Shown one piece after another: positions 15,509-24,120 of a stretch of DNA of 24,120 nt (the first letter of the stretch is position 1; every line of letters starts with the position of its first letter). The translations under genes and the position numbers were made by a program. The notes below the pieces were generated by a model. It was not told the origin of the DNA and did not search any database. It was given only the letters and a program-made list of their open reading frames with translations. This stretch comes from a virus (lineage: Duplodnaviria; Caudoviricetes), in IMG/VR virus record IMGVR_UViG_3300035198_000164, positions 1 through 24,120 of that record; one strand, given 5' to 3'.

Positions 15509-15897
15509 TGGGCATCCCGACTGGCAGCCACTTCATTTACTACTCAAAGATCCCTACGAGGCAGTACGACCCCAACTTGGTTGTTAGCTTCTTAAAGGGA
15601 AGAAGGCTGGTGGTGCCAGCTTCAAGCGGGTCAATTAGAGACATTTTCACTTTGCCTTTTTCGGGTAGCTTGGTGAAGTGGGCTGTTCATATGAGCGCCT
15701 ACGCAGACGGCGACTACTGGAACATAAGCGGCTCCGACTGGAATTTGGGGGAGACGATATACACTAAAAATGTCCCAGAGAGCTTTGTGCTGGAGATAGG
15801 GCAAAACATACCGAGTGGTAGCCCCATAATTTTTGATTTTTACAACACGGGAAGTCAAGCCAAAACAGTTTGGATTGACTATTACTTTATACGGTAA
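15508..15897 (+). CDS. Putative virion structural protein, beta-rich
   Basis: Location in the structural operon; six [S/T]GS motifs. Confidence 0.65.
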   Translation: MGIPTGSHFIYYSKIPTRQYDPNLVVSFLKGRRLVVPASSGSIRDIFTLPFSGSLVKWAVHMSAYADGDYWNISGSDWNLGETIYTKNVPESFVLEIGQNIPSGSPIIFDFYNTGSQAKTVWIDYYFIR

Positions 15898-15935
15898 AAG
15901 AGTGGAGGAAAAAATAAAAAGGGAGGTAGATTGAA

Positions 15936-16478
15936 TTGGTTGCACCAGTCATAACATTCAGGGCAGATAACGAATCTGCTCTGCCCAGCGTTTACGATTA
16001 CGGCACAATCGACACAGGAAGCTCTGGAAGCAACGTTGTGTGGCAGATATGGAACAACTACTCTGGCTCGGGCGTGTCCTCTTCGGCAAGCGTCGCCAGC
16101 GCGATATGCTCGGGCTCGACCAATGAGCTTGGCCTCGGTGTCCACGACTCTGGCTCCGCAAACCACATAGATCAGTCCGTGCTTCCAACTGGAAGCATCT
16201 GGATATCTGGATCTAACTATATCGTCGGTGTCGGAACCACTAGGCTGACGGGCTCGTACAACGCGATGTCGCAGGCTTGGAACTACTACTACAGCGGCTC
16301 AAGCGGAAGAAGGCTGTTGCTCGTGACGGAGAACGGAGACGGCAAACTCAGCGGAAGCGCCGACCTCGGCGGATACTCTGGAAGCGCGTGGAGAATCACG
16401 CACTACTGCTACGTGCCAAACGACGCGACACAGGGCACAAAGACGGGCGCGATGTGCCTCAAGTACAAGTACACGTAA
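15936..16478 (+). CDS. Putative virion structural protein, S/G-rich
   Basis: GGGAGGT RBS; eleven [S/T]GS motifs; C-terminal VP.DATQGTKTG...KYKYT. Confidence 0.7.
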   Translation: MVAPVITFRADNESALPSVYDYGTIDTGSSGSNVVWQIWNNYSGSGVSSSASVASAICSGSTNELGLGVHDSGSANHIDQSVLPTGSIWISGSNYIVGVGTTRLTGSYNAMSQAWNYYYSGSSGRRLLLVTENGDGKLSGSADLGGYSGSAWRITHYCYVPNDATQGTKTGAMCLKYKYT

Positions 16479-16523
16479 CATCTTTTTGGACAGCCAATTC
16501 AATGTGCTGCGGAGGCTAATACA

Positions 16524-17009
16524 ATGGCAGAATCTTCTTTTTCCCCCTACTATGTACAAAAGATAATTTGGGTAGCGGAGCTTGACGACGGAACCATGCT
16601 CCGCGAATGGGATGAAAACGGCAGGGAAACCCTGTTTAAGGACATACCTCTGAAGAGGCTTAAAAGGTTCCACCTCGTTTCGGAGGACTTTAACTACTGG
16701 TTTGACTGCGACTCTGGGATCTTCCACGTGGACGGCAGAGAGTTTATTTTCCCCCTTGCTGGCCTCGGCCTGAACTACGGCGAGGGCTTGATCGAGTTCA
16801 AGGAGGCGACGACTGAGTTTATTCCTCCAGCGCTGAAGACCCACCCCTACGACGGCTTTCACCTGCTCGGATACCAGTTCGGGTGGAAGGTCACCTATGG
16901 AGGCATGAAGAGTCAGGTCATCCTCAACCTCCCCGAAAAAGTGTTTGAGGTAGAACTCACCTTTTTAGACATACAAAAAACGGTTTACTGGAAGTTAAGG
17001 CTGAAGTGA
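16524..17009 (+). CDS. Hypothetical viral protein
   Basis: GGAGG RBS; globular aromatic-rich sequence. Confidence 0.75.
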   Translation: MAESSFSPYYVQKIIWVAELDDGTMLREWDENGRETLFKDIPLKRLKRFHLVSEDFNYWFDCDSGIFHVDGREFIFPLAGLGLNYGEGLIEFKEATTEFIPPALKTHPYDGFHLLGYQFGWKVTYGGMKSQVILNLPEKVFEVELTFLDIQKTVYWKLRLK

Positions 17010-17082
17010 CTTCAAAAGCTTGGGGTTCCTGCCGCAACTTTTTCGCTAACTTTCTTGTAAAGAAAGTCAGAAGGGAGATCTA

Positions 17083-17145
17083 ATGAGCCTAGCGTTTCAT
17101 ATCCCATCTAACTTCCTTGAAAAGCGGGCTGAAGGGGAAGTCTGA
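17083..17145 (+). other. 20-codon ORF that duplicates the start of the downstream fibre gene
   Basis: MSLAFHIPSN...* vs MSLVFQVPSK; both preceded by GAAGGG; TGATG overlap. Confidence 0.55.
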
Positions 17146-20100
17146 TGAGTCTAGTCTTTCAAGTTCCATCTAAGGGCTATGTTGCCTTACAGGAGGATGG
17201 CCGCTATTACATCTACAATCAGCAAAGTGCTGTATTTGTAGACCCTACCTATGATGAACTGGAGAATGGGGTAGTTCCAGTCAAGTGGATGGCTGAACGT
17301 GATGGAGTCATCCAGACAGAGAGCGCATCAACATTAAACGCTACAACCAACAGTGTCACTAGGACGACAACATATACAGACGGAAGTCAGCTTACTCTGA
17401 CTTGGACAGTCCCCGATTCTGGGCCTATCAAGCTATCGATAGTGCTTAAGGCTGGTAAAAGAGGCACATTCCGCATAATAGCGCAGATCAGTGGCTTAGA
17501 TGATGAGAATACAGGTACATACTGCAATGTTACGATGCTTGACAAGAAGGTTACTCTTCAGCTTCCAAGCTATTTGGGCAGCAGAGAGATAGCATGGGAC
17601 TGGTCAGACATCACAACCACGACTCTGATCTGCTCTCTCAAGGTAGTCAACAATAGCTACACGTTTGAGCAGATCTTCCCATGCGGGACACTAAATAAAA
17701 ACGCCACGATAACATTCGATCCGACAACAGTAACGACAACAGCAGGTCAATATGCTACAGCCTATGGAACCGCAAGGCACTTAGTTCGAGATGCATACGG
17801 GAAACTGATAGCGATTACGGGCAATACAAACCTCATCTTTTCATACTGCAACAATCCTCCAAGTGGGTCTTGGACAAGTGAGGATCTAGGCTCTACATAC
17901 GCTCTCACTGCCACAGCAGCAGAGAGGTGCTCAGCCATAGCCTACGACTCTGCTAATGACCGTTTAATGGTTATGTGGGTCGATAGCACAGACGACCTGA
18001 AAGTTATGCAGATCACCTTTACTCGTGATGGTTCTGGGAACATCACAGGTAGGACTCTTTCATCTCTGCTCTCAATTGCGAGTGTAGACGACACCTGTCG
18101 TAGACCTTCACTGTGGATGCTACACAACGGCGAAGTTATGGCTGTATGGGGAGACAACTCGACAGCAGGAGCGAAGCACGGCAGAGTCTACGCCTGCCGT
18201 CTAGTCTTTGGAAATCCGCCTACATATAAGAACTTAGCTGGAACAGCAAGTTCCACCACGCTGATCAGCTCGGACTTTACAACCGCACATACAGTTCACT
18301 CAGCAACGGTTGTCCAGAGAACCAACAGTGGAACTGGACAGTATGACTGCTATGCCTTTTACACCGAGACCTACGATACCACGAAGATAGAGAAAATCAA
18401 GTTGACGTGGTCTTCTCCGAACTGGACTGTTGGCTCTGAACAAACGCCTACGGTAGCTTATGGAGGAGGCACTATTTTCACTCCACACACTGCGGCATAT
18501 TGTGCTAATGATGGAAAAATTATTTATGGAGTAGTACCCTATGGAACGTCGACTACTATCTCAGTCGGCTCAATTGATTCCAGCGATGTAGACACCGATA
18601 TAAGCGGAACAGGTTCTTCCCCAAATACAAGGAGTTGTGCAAGCATCTGCATCAATGGAGGAGACTATTATGTTTTCTACGACGTAAATAGCAACATATG
18701 CTACATTAAGCGTTCAGGCGGCTCTTGGAGTAGTGAAACCCAGCTAACGACGACAGGAAACGAAAAATATATTGTTACTTCCCTCGACACGACCAACCGC
18801 ATAGACTACATCTGGACGCACTACACCGGAACTGCATATAATGTTTATTATGATTATATAACTCTGGCTGTTGTTACCTATGCTTATCAGGATCAAGTAT
18901 TGAATATTCTCCCGCGCCTAATAGGCTTTGGAACTCAGTATTTCGGGGGGAGACCCCGCTTTGGCCCCGCTCAAGCTGACCAAGCCGCCAAAGCCACATT
19001 TTCCTTTTCCTCGCGTGTAGACGAGGTTTTGAGGCTTCAGCCAGAGCTGACCTCGCTTTCACATGAAATTTTTAGGGTTCTGCCCTTCCTGAAAGATTTA
19101 AAGGATGCAAACCTCAGAATGGCCCCCAAGTTCGCGGCTTGGGTTGACGCGGTTTTGAGTGAGCTACCGCGCCTTTTAAGCTACATGGATGAAGCCGTGA
19201 AAATTAACCCGCGCCTAAAAGCTCAAGCGGATGAAGTAGTTAAAACCACCGCCAGATTGCTCGCTGCAACGGAGGAGTACTTCAGGATTTTGCCTGCGCT
19301 CAGGTCTTACGCCGACAGCACGCTTAAAACCTCTCCTAAACTGCGCTCTTACAGCGACGAGGTAATGAGGTTTCTGCCTCTGCTACTACAATATAATGAT
19401 CAGGCTCTGAAGCTGAGCGGCCTGTTTAAGTCGTTTAACGATGAAATACTGAAAACCACTCCGCGGAGACTTTCAGCGGATGACGAAGCGCTAAAGCTTT
19501 TACCTAGACTTGTAGCCCTCGCCGAGGAAACAGTTGAAGCTCTTCCAAGGCTTCTAAGCACCCAGCACCAGATCCTTCGAAATTACCCGAGGTTCATGGC
19601 TTTGACCGACCAAATCCTCCGTAGCCTGCCCAGACTTTTGAAATATTCAGAGCAGAACATGAGGTTGGTGCCGAAACTTTTGGGGCCTGCCGACGAAGCC
19701 GTGAAGAACCTGCCGCGTTTCTTGAGCGTCAACGACCAGATAATCAAGGTTCTCACTGCTCTGAGATCGTATTCCGACGAAGCCCTCAAAATGCGGCCAA
19801 GGCTGGCTGGAGTGGACGAGGAAATATTCCGCATACTAGGCAAATTTTCTTCATACTCCGACGAAGCCATCAAAACCCTTCCAAGGTTTGCGGCTATAGA
19901 CGATCAGTTCCTTACGCTTTTGCCCCGCTACCTCGGCGCGCCTCTTGAGAAGTTTGTGAGTTTTATTCCGAGGTTACAGAGTTTCAACGAGGAAATTTTG
20001 AGGCTACTGCCCCAGTTTAAGAGCTTTAACGACGAAACTGTCGTCGTTTTGCCCAAGCTGTTGGCTGCGAACGAAAAAATTATAAAAGCAACCCCACAAC

Positions 20101-22031
20101 TGAAACAATTAATAGATGAGGTTTTGAGGCTTCTGCCAAAACTGGGTGCAAATATTGATGAGTTCATTAGAATTGCGCCTCGCCTGACGACACTTACGGA
20201 TGAAACAATAAGGCTATTGCCGAGGTTTACAGCTTCCCTAGAACAAATATTTAGCCTGATGTCTCGTTTATCTTCAAACGCCGATACAATAGTTAAGATG
20301 AATCCACAGTTTATAGCGCATTCAGAGCAGATATTTAAGTTCATGAACCAACTGAAAAGCTTTAACGATGAAGTATTTGTGTACCGCCCAAGGCTTGCTG
20401 TGCTTCAAGAGCAGATTTTAAAGGTCAACGTAGCCCTCGTGTTTTATTTCATAGAGCAGGTTATGGTAAGTCTGCCCCGACTCACAAAACTAAACGAGGA
20501 ATGCATAAAAATCCTGCCTCAGTATCTTGCCTTAAACGACCAGTACCTCAGAGCCAACCCGAAGCTACTGTCGTACGCGGATGAAGCGTTGAAGCTACTG
20601 CCGAGGCTTGCCTCATATATCGATGAAATATCAGCGGTGACACCCCGTTTGACGGGGCTGGGAGATGAGGCGCTCAAAATGTTACCGCGGTGCCTGAGCT
20701 ATGCAGACGAGATATTTCGAACCCTTCCAAAGCTGTCCTCATACTCCGACCAGATACTCGGAGCAAAACCGAGGTTCACCGCGCATGGAGATGAAATAAT
20801 TAGGATATTGACGCGCCTCACAAACTACGAGGACGAAGTTATAAGGGTTTTGCCGCGCTTCACTTCATATTCAGAGCAGTTTTTCCAAGTTCTCATGGGG
20901 TATATCCGAAGCTATCAGGACGAAGTTATAAGGATTTTGCCGCGGCTTACAGTTTTGGGCGACCAGACCTTCAGAGAGCTTCCACGCCTTGCCTCCTACG
21001 CTGATCAGGTCAAAAAGATAACGCCTAGACTGACTGAAATGCGCGACGCTGTTGCCTCGACCTCTCCGAAGTTTTCAGACCATTACGACAAGGTGCTCCA
21101 GCTCTTGCCGCGCTTTGCCAGCTTTGCAGATGCCATAGTGAAGGCGCAGCCCGAGCTGAGGGAATATTTTGACCAGATATTCACAATTTCGGTGCTCCTC
21201 TACAGCTATGCGCACGAAGTAGTTAAACTCGCGCCGAGGCTTACGGAGCAGGCCGACAAGTCTCTCAGGCTTTCACCCGCCCTCAAAACTCACCAAGACA
21301 AACTGCTTATGTTCCTTCCCCAACTGACATCTTACCTCGATGAAGTCATCAAGGCAATGCCGAGGCTGATGCAGTTCAGCGACACGTATTACAGGGTCTA
21401 TCCGAGGTTGCTGAGCTATAAGGATCAAACCATGATGCTTGCGCCCAAGTTGCTGGCTACGCTCGATAAAATTATAAGTTTCCTCCCCGCATTCAGATTG
21501 TTTAACGAGGAGGTATTTAAGGCTCAGCCGAGGCTCGGAGAAATCTACGACGAAATAACCGTGTTGCTACCGCGGTTCAGAGCTGAGCTGGACAGAGTTG
21601 TGCTTCTGAGCCCGCTTCTCACGGACAAGAAAGACCAATTAATTGAGGAGCTTCCGAGGCTCCTGAGCCATGGCGACAAAATCGTCAAATTAGCTCCAAA
21701 ACTGACGGAGCAGTTCGACAAATTCATAAAAATCCTGCCCAGACAAACAGCTCACTACGACAAGCTCCTGAAGATGCTGGGGCAGTTCACAGAGCAGAAA
21801 GACGGGGTTACCAAGGTTTTGCCAAGGCTCTCAGAGCAGACAGACAAAATCCTCAAGGGAATGCCACGCTTTGTAGGGCATACAGAACAGCCGTTTAAGG
21901 TGTGGGTAACGCCTTATAAGGTCATGGATCAGGTCTTCACGGTTTATGCCTTCGTGGCTGCGCTTCTTGGGTTCATCGTCCTCGGAGACGCGAGAAGTGG
22001 AATACTGCACAGCGGAGGAATAAATTTATAG
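17145..22031 (+). CDS. Large fibre/adhesin-like virion protein: ~580-aa T/S/Y-rich beta region (propeller-like) plus ~1020-aa repeat stalk
   Basis: Blade-like motifs (GSWTSE, GGSWSSETQL, IDYIWT) followed by a 14-aa tandem repeat. Confidence 0.75.
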   Translation: MSLVFQVPSKGYVALQEDGRYYIYNQQSAVFVDPTYDELENGVVPVKWMAERDGVIQTESASTLNATTNSVTRTTTYTDGSQLTLTWTVPDSGPIKLSIVLKAGKRGTFRIIAQISGLDDENTGTYCNVTMLDKKVTLQLPSYLGSREIAWDWSDITTTTLICSLKVVNNSYTFEQIFPCGTLNKNATITFDPTTVTTTAGQYATAYGTARHLVRDAYGKLIAITGNTNLIFSYCNNPPSGSWTSEDLGSTYALTATAAERCSAIAYDSANDRLMVMWVDSTDDLKVMQITFTRDGSGNITGRTLSSLLSIASVDDTCRRPSLWMLHNGEVMAVWGDNSTAGAKHGRVYACRLVFGNPPTYKNLAGTASSTTLISSDFTTAHTVHSATVVQRTNSGTGQYDCYAFYTETYDTTKIEKIKLTWSSPNWTVGSEQTPTVAYGGGTIFTPHTAAYCANDGKIIYGVVPYGTSTTISVGSIDSSDVDTDISGTGSSPNTRSCASICINGGDYYVFYDVNSNICYIKRSGGSWSSETQLTTTGNEKYIVTSLDTTNRIDYIWTHYTGTAYNVYYDYITLAVVTYAYQDQVLNILPRLIGFGTQYFGGRPRFGPAQADQAAKATFSFSSRVDEVLRLQPELTSLSHEIFRVLPFLKDLKDANLRMAPKFAAWVDAVLSELPRLLSYMDEAVKINPRLKAQADEVVKTTARLLAATEEYFRILPALRSYADSTLKTSPKLRSYSDEVMRFLPLLLQYNDQALKLSGLFKSFNDEILKTTPRRLSADDEALKLLPRLVALAEETVEALPRLLSTQHQILRNYPRFMALTDQILRSLPRLLKYSEQNMRLVPKLLGPADEAVKNLPRFLSVNDQIIKVLTALRSYSDEALKMRPRLAGVDEEIFRILGKFSSYSDEAIKTLPRFAAIDDQFLTLLPRYLGAPLEKFVSFIPRLQSFNEEILRLLPQFKSFNDETVVVLPKLLAANEKIIKATPQLKQLIDEVLRLLPKLGANIDEFIRIAPRLTTLTDETIRLLPRFTASLEQIFSLMSRLSSNADTIVKMNPQFIAHSEQIFKFMNQLKSFNDEVFVYRPRLAVLQEQILKVNVALVFYFIEQVMVSLPRLTKLNEECIKILPQYLALNDQYLRANPKLLSYADEALKLLPRLASYIDEISAVTPRLTGLGDEALKMLPRCLSYADEIFRTLPKLSSYSDQILGAKPRFTAHGDEIIRILTRLTNYEDEVIRVLPRFTSYSEQFFQVLMGYIRSYQDEVIRILPRLTVLGDQTFRELPRLASYADQVKKITPRLTEMRDAVASTSPKFSDHYDKVLQLLPRFASFADAIVKAQPELREYFDQIFTISVLLYSYAHEVVKLAPRLTEQADKSLRLSPALKTHQDKLLMFLPQLTSYLDEVIKAMPRLMQFSDTYYRVYPRLLSYKDQTMMLAPKLLATLDKIISFLPAFRLFNEEVFKAQPRLGEIYDEITVLLPRFRAELDRVVLLSPLLTDKKDQLIEELPRLLSHGDKIVKLAPKLTEQFDKFIKILPRQTAHYDKLLKMLGQFTEQKDGVTKVLPRLSEQTDKILKGMPRFVGHTEQPFKVWVTPYKVMDQVFTVYAFVAALLGFIVLGDARSGILHSGGINL
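18879..21950 (+). repeat. Degenerate 42-bp / 14-aa tandem repeat, about 70 copies
   Basis: PRLQSFNEEILRLL / PQFKSFNDETVVVL / PKLLAANEKIIKAT; consensus P(R/K)(L/F)xSxxDE(I/V)(L/I)(R/K)xL. Copy number estimated as length/42. Confidence 0.9.
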
Positions 22032-22046
22032 GGAGAGGATAAGAAA

Positions 22047-22508
22047 ATGTCTGAGCCTAAAATTAGCTGCGAGGATGTAAGAATTCAGCTTAATGGAGTT
22101 GTCAGTGGAAGCGGATCTAGCGCAGAATATTGGTTCTGGAATCAGAGCATCCCATCTGGAAGTTTATGGCAGATTATAAGCGGAAGCGATACCTATATAC
22201 GCTTTCTGGTTGGAGACGACGTGATGGACTCCTCAGACTCAAACACAGTTCGAGAAATTAAATTTGCGGAGATAGATTATGCCTGCTTCCGCACCCTCGT
22301 TCTATTGGCTGGGGGAGTGATTGTCGAAGGCTTCAACTGGACGGCTGGGGTGACCGTCAGCCAGCCATATATGCTTCCAGCCTATAGAAGTTTAATCGAT
22401 GAGTTCAAGACTACCGCCCAGAACCACATAAGGGCGCTGCAAAAGCTGTTCATTATGAAAGACTTCGAGATGCCAAGCATAGGAGAAACAGCGCATTCAA
22501 TAATGTAG
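22047..22508 (+). CDS. Putative head-tail adaptor
   Basis: Size, helical pattern (ISCEDVRIQL...) and position before closure, terminator and tube genes. Confidence 0.6.
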   Translation: MSEPKISCEDVRIQLNGVVSGSGSSAEYWFWNQSIPSGSLWQIISGSDTYIRFLVGDDVMDSSDSNTVREIKFAEIDYACFRTLVLLAGGVIVEGFNWTAGVTVSQPYMLPAYRSLIDEFKTTAQNHIRALQKLFIMKDFEMPSIGETAHSIM

Positions 22509-22520
22509 GGGGAGCAATAA

Positions 22521-22937
22521 ATGGATTGGCAATGGGCCGCCAAACAGTTTCAAATAATGCTGGACAGGGCTGGAGTAGAAATTGAGTGGCTTCAGCGGGC
22601 AACCAGCGGTAGCGAGGCATACGATACTGGCTCGGAGATATCATACGGCTACGGCGACCCAGCAAGGTTTTGGACTACAGGTAGCGTCAAGGCTATTGTC
22701 CAGCATGTCAGGGTTGAGGACGTGGTGATCCCGCAGGGGTTCTACCCTGAAGATTTCAAGAAAATATTTGTGCCCCTTAGCACGCCAATTGAGTACTGGG
22801 ATCAGGTAATTTATCCAAGCGGCAGCGGGGAACGATATATAATTCACCCAGTTCATAGCTGGGTGGTCGGGGGAGTCACAATAGCCAAATACGCAACCAT
22901 AAGAAAGCTTGTCCCCCACAGCCAAGGAGAATATTAA
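22521..22937 (+). CDS. Putative head closure (stopper) protein
   Basis: Beta-rich; VKAIVQ...DFKKIFVP...IEYWDQV...RYII pattern; position. Confidence 0.6.
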   Translation: MDWQWAAKQFQIMLDRAGVEIEWLQRATSGSEAYDTGSEISYGYGDPARFWTTGSVKAIVQHVRVEDVVIPQGFYPEDFKKIFVPLSTPIEYWDQVIYPSGSGERYIIHPVHSWVVGGVTIAKYATIRKLVPHSQGEY

Positions 22938-22939
22938 AT

Positions 22940-23404
22940 ATGCAAGATCCATTAATTACATTGATGCTACTTCTCAAAAACAACTGGTCTCTAACTGGAG
23001 AGCTTACGGGTAGCAGCACCACTACAGGAAGCGGGGTGAAATTCACAACTGCGTGGTACGATGAAAAGATAGCCTCACCCCAAGTAACTGTGACTCCAGC
23101 GTGGACAACCTTCAGGCCACTTACTTTGGGCCCAAACATGAGGTACAGAGTGGATGAGGTGATACATATTAACGCTTGGGTTCGCCCGACTCAGGACTCC
23201 AACAGAAGCATAGGATGGGCCAAGAACGCGGTATTTCAAATGAAGGAGGAGATAACGAGGATAATCCAAGCGGCAAACACGCTCGGGATTAAAGACCTGA
23301 ATTTTGTGTTTATAAGAGATTGGAGAAGGTTTGAAGACACTTCAGTTCGTCCCGTAGTTTTTCGCAATCAAGTGGAGGTAGCTCCGCTTTACTTTAAACC
23401 ATAA
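22940..23404 (+). CDS. Putative tail terminator protein
   Basis: LLKNNW...PQVTV...IHINAWV...MKEEITRII; immediately precedes the tube gene. Confidence 0.65.
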   Translation: MQDPLITLMLLLKNNWSLTGELTGSSTTTGSGVKFTTAWYDEKIASPQVTVTPAWTTFRPLTLGPNMRYRVDEVIHINAWVRPTQDSNRSIGWAKNAVFQMKEEITRIIQAANTLGIKDLNFVFIRDWRRFEDTSVRPVVFRNQVEVAPLYFKP

Positions 23405-23423
23405 AAAAGGAGGAATAAATAAA

Positions 23424-24120
23424 ATGTCGTTTGTATATGGCGGCTTCAGGGGCAAGGTCAGGTGGGTTCCCGAAGACTCATACGGTATAGTGCCTTCTGG
23501 TTCAAGCGGCTCCTATATCGGGCTTGTAGATAGCTTTGAGCCAAGGCTCAGCATGGGCAACATATTTCTGAGGCAAATTGGTCACAGGGACTTGGTTGGA
23601 ATCCAGCGCGGGCGCTTCGAGTCAAGCGCATCTATAGAATATATGGCGCAGGATCACGAACTGCTACGCTACGCTCTGGAAAAGATAACTGGAAGCTTCA
23701 CCCTAGAGGCTCGGTGGACAAGCACTGATGAGGGAGCGAGTCCATCCTACTTCATAATGAGCGGCTGCAAGATCAACAGCGCGCGAGTTTCTAACTCCGT
23801 CGGCAACGCCGTGAGGGTGGTTCTGGATGTCTGGGGCAGATCTGGCAGTTTCAGCGGCAGCAACTATTTGTCTGGCTCCGTATTTACTGAGCCTCCGCAC
23901 AGTATCCCGATGATGTGGCACGACAGCTCAATAAAGATAAACGGATCAACTGTAAACAACCTCAACGCGTTCGAATACAACATCAGGAACGATTTGGAGC
24001 GGTTGTACTTTGTAGAGGTTTCTGGCAGATATCCAAGAATAATACCGGAAAAGGCGCGGACGTGGGAAGGAACAGTGACTATGACTTTTGACAGCATAAC
24101 GGAGTTGGACAGAATGCTTT
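23424..24120 (+). CDS. Tail tube (major tail) protein, 3'-truncated by the window; not in ORF track
   Basis: Strong RBS AAAAAAGGAGGAATAAATAAAATG; open to the end: MSFVYGGFRGKVRWVPEDSYG...SGCKINS...FEYNIRNDLER...WEGTVTMTF. Confidence 0.8.
   Translation, partial: MSFVYGGFRGKVRWVPEDSYGIVPSGSSGSYIGLVDSFEPRLSMGNIFLRQIGHRDLVGIQRGRFESSASIEYMAQDHELLRYALEKITGSFTLEARWTSTDEGASPSYFIMSGCKINSARVSNSVGNAVRVVLDVWGRSGSFSGSNYLSGSVFTEPPHSIPMMWHDSSIKINGSTVNNLNAFEYNIRNDLERLYFVEVSGRYPRIIPEKARTWEGTVTMTFDSITELDRML

Larger units (their letters stand above)
1..24120 (+). mobile_element. Archaeal tailed virus / provirus segment (accessory genes plus head and neck/tail morphogenesis module)
   Basis: Co-oriented terminase, portal, MuF, protease, cement, HK97-fold MCP, adaptor, closure, terminator and tail tube genes; archaeal promoter and RBS signals. 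No integrase or att site visible, so free virus vs provirus is unresolved. Confidence 0.93.

Noticed and set aside
18879-21950. Possible CRISPR array or DGR template/variable repeat
   Set aside because: Repeats are degenerate, in-frame and conserved at protein level; no spacers, no reverse transcriptase, no adenine-specific variant pair.
1074-24097. Minus-strand ORFs in the track
   Set aside because: All overlap better-supported + strand genes or elements and lack recognisable motifs.
1-24120. Genome-wide TAG reassignment
   Set aside because: Several genes end in TAG right before the next gene's RBS or start; only one internal TAG was found.

Overview
The window is part of an archaeal tailed-virus (Caudoviricetes, HK97-fold) genome or provirus, with all credible genes on the + strand. 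Archaeal origin is supported by a BRE-TATA promoter, GGAGG/GGTGA ribosome-binding sites and a TFB-type zinc ribbon; the host lineage cannot be fixed from sequence alone. Bases 1-3140 hold small accessory genes (many CxxC microproteins, one HExxH peptidase). The morphogenesis module follows: terminase large subunit, intein-containing portal, MuF-like protein, HK97-gp10-like protein, a JAB/MPN protein, small head-associated genes, prohead protease with a nested scaffold, cement protein, major capsid protein (MCP), a 1628-aa fibre with about 70 14-aa repeats, head-tail joining proteins and a tail tube gene that runs off the end. Four observations stand out. (1) An [S/T]GS tripeptide is strongly enriched in predicted outer virion proteins, suggesting a modification sequon. 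(2) The JAB protein carries a near-copy of the MCP N-terminus. (3) A roughly 250-nt RNA with mutually exclusive pairings follows the MCP gene. (4) A structural-type gene with a strong RBS is interrupted by one in-frame amber codon. All family assignments come from motif recognition, not database searches.
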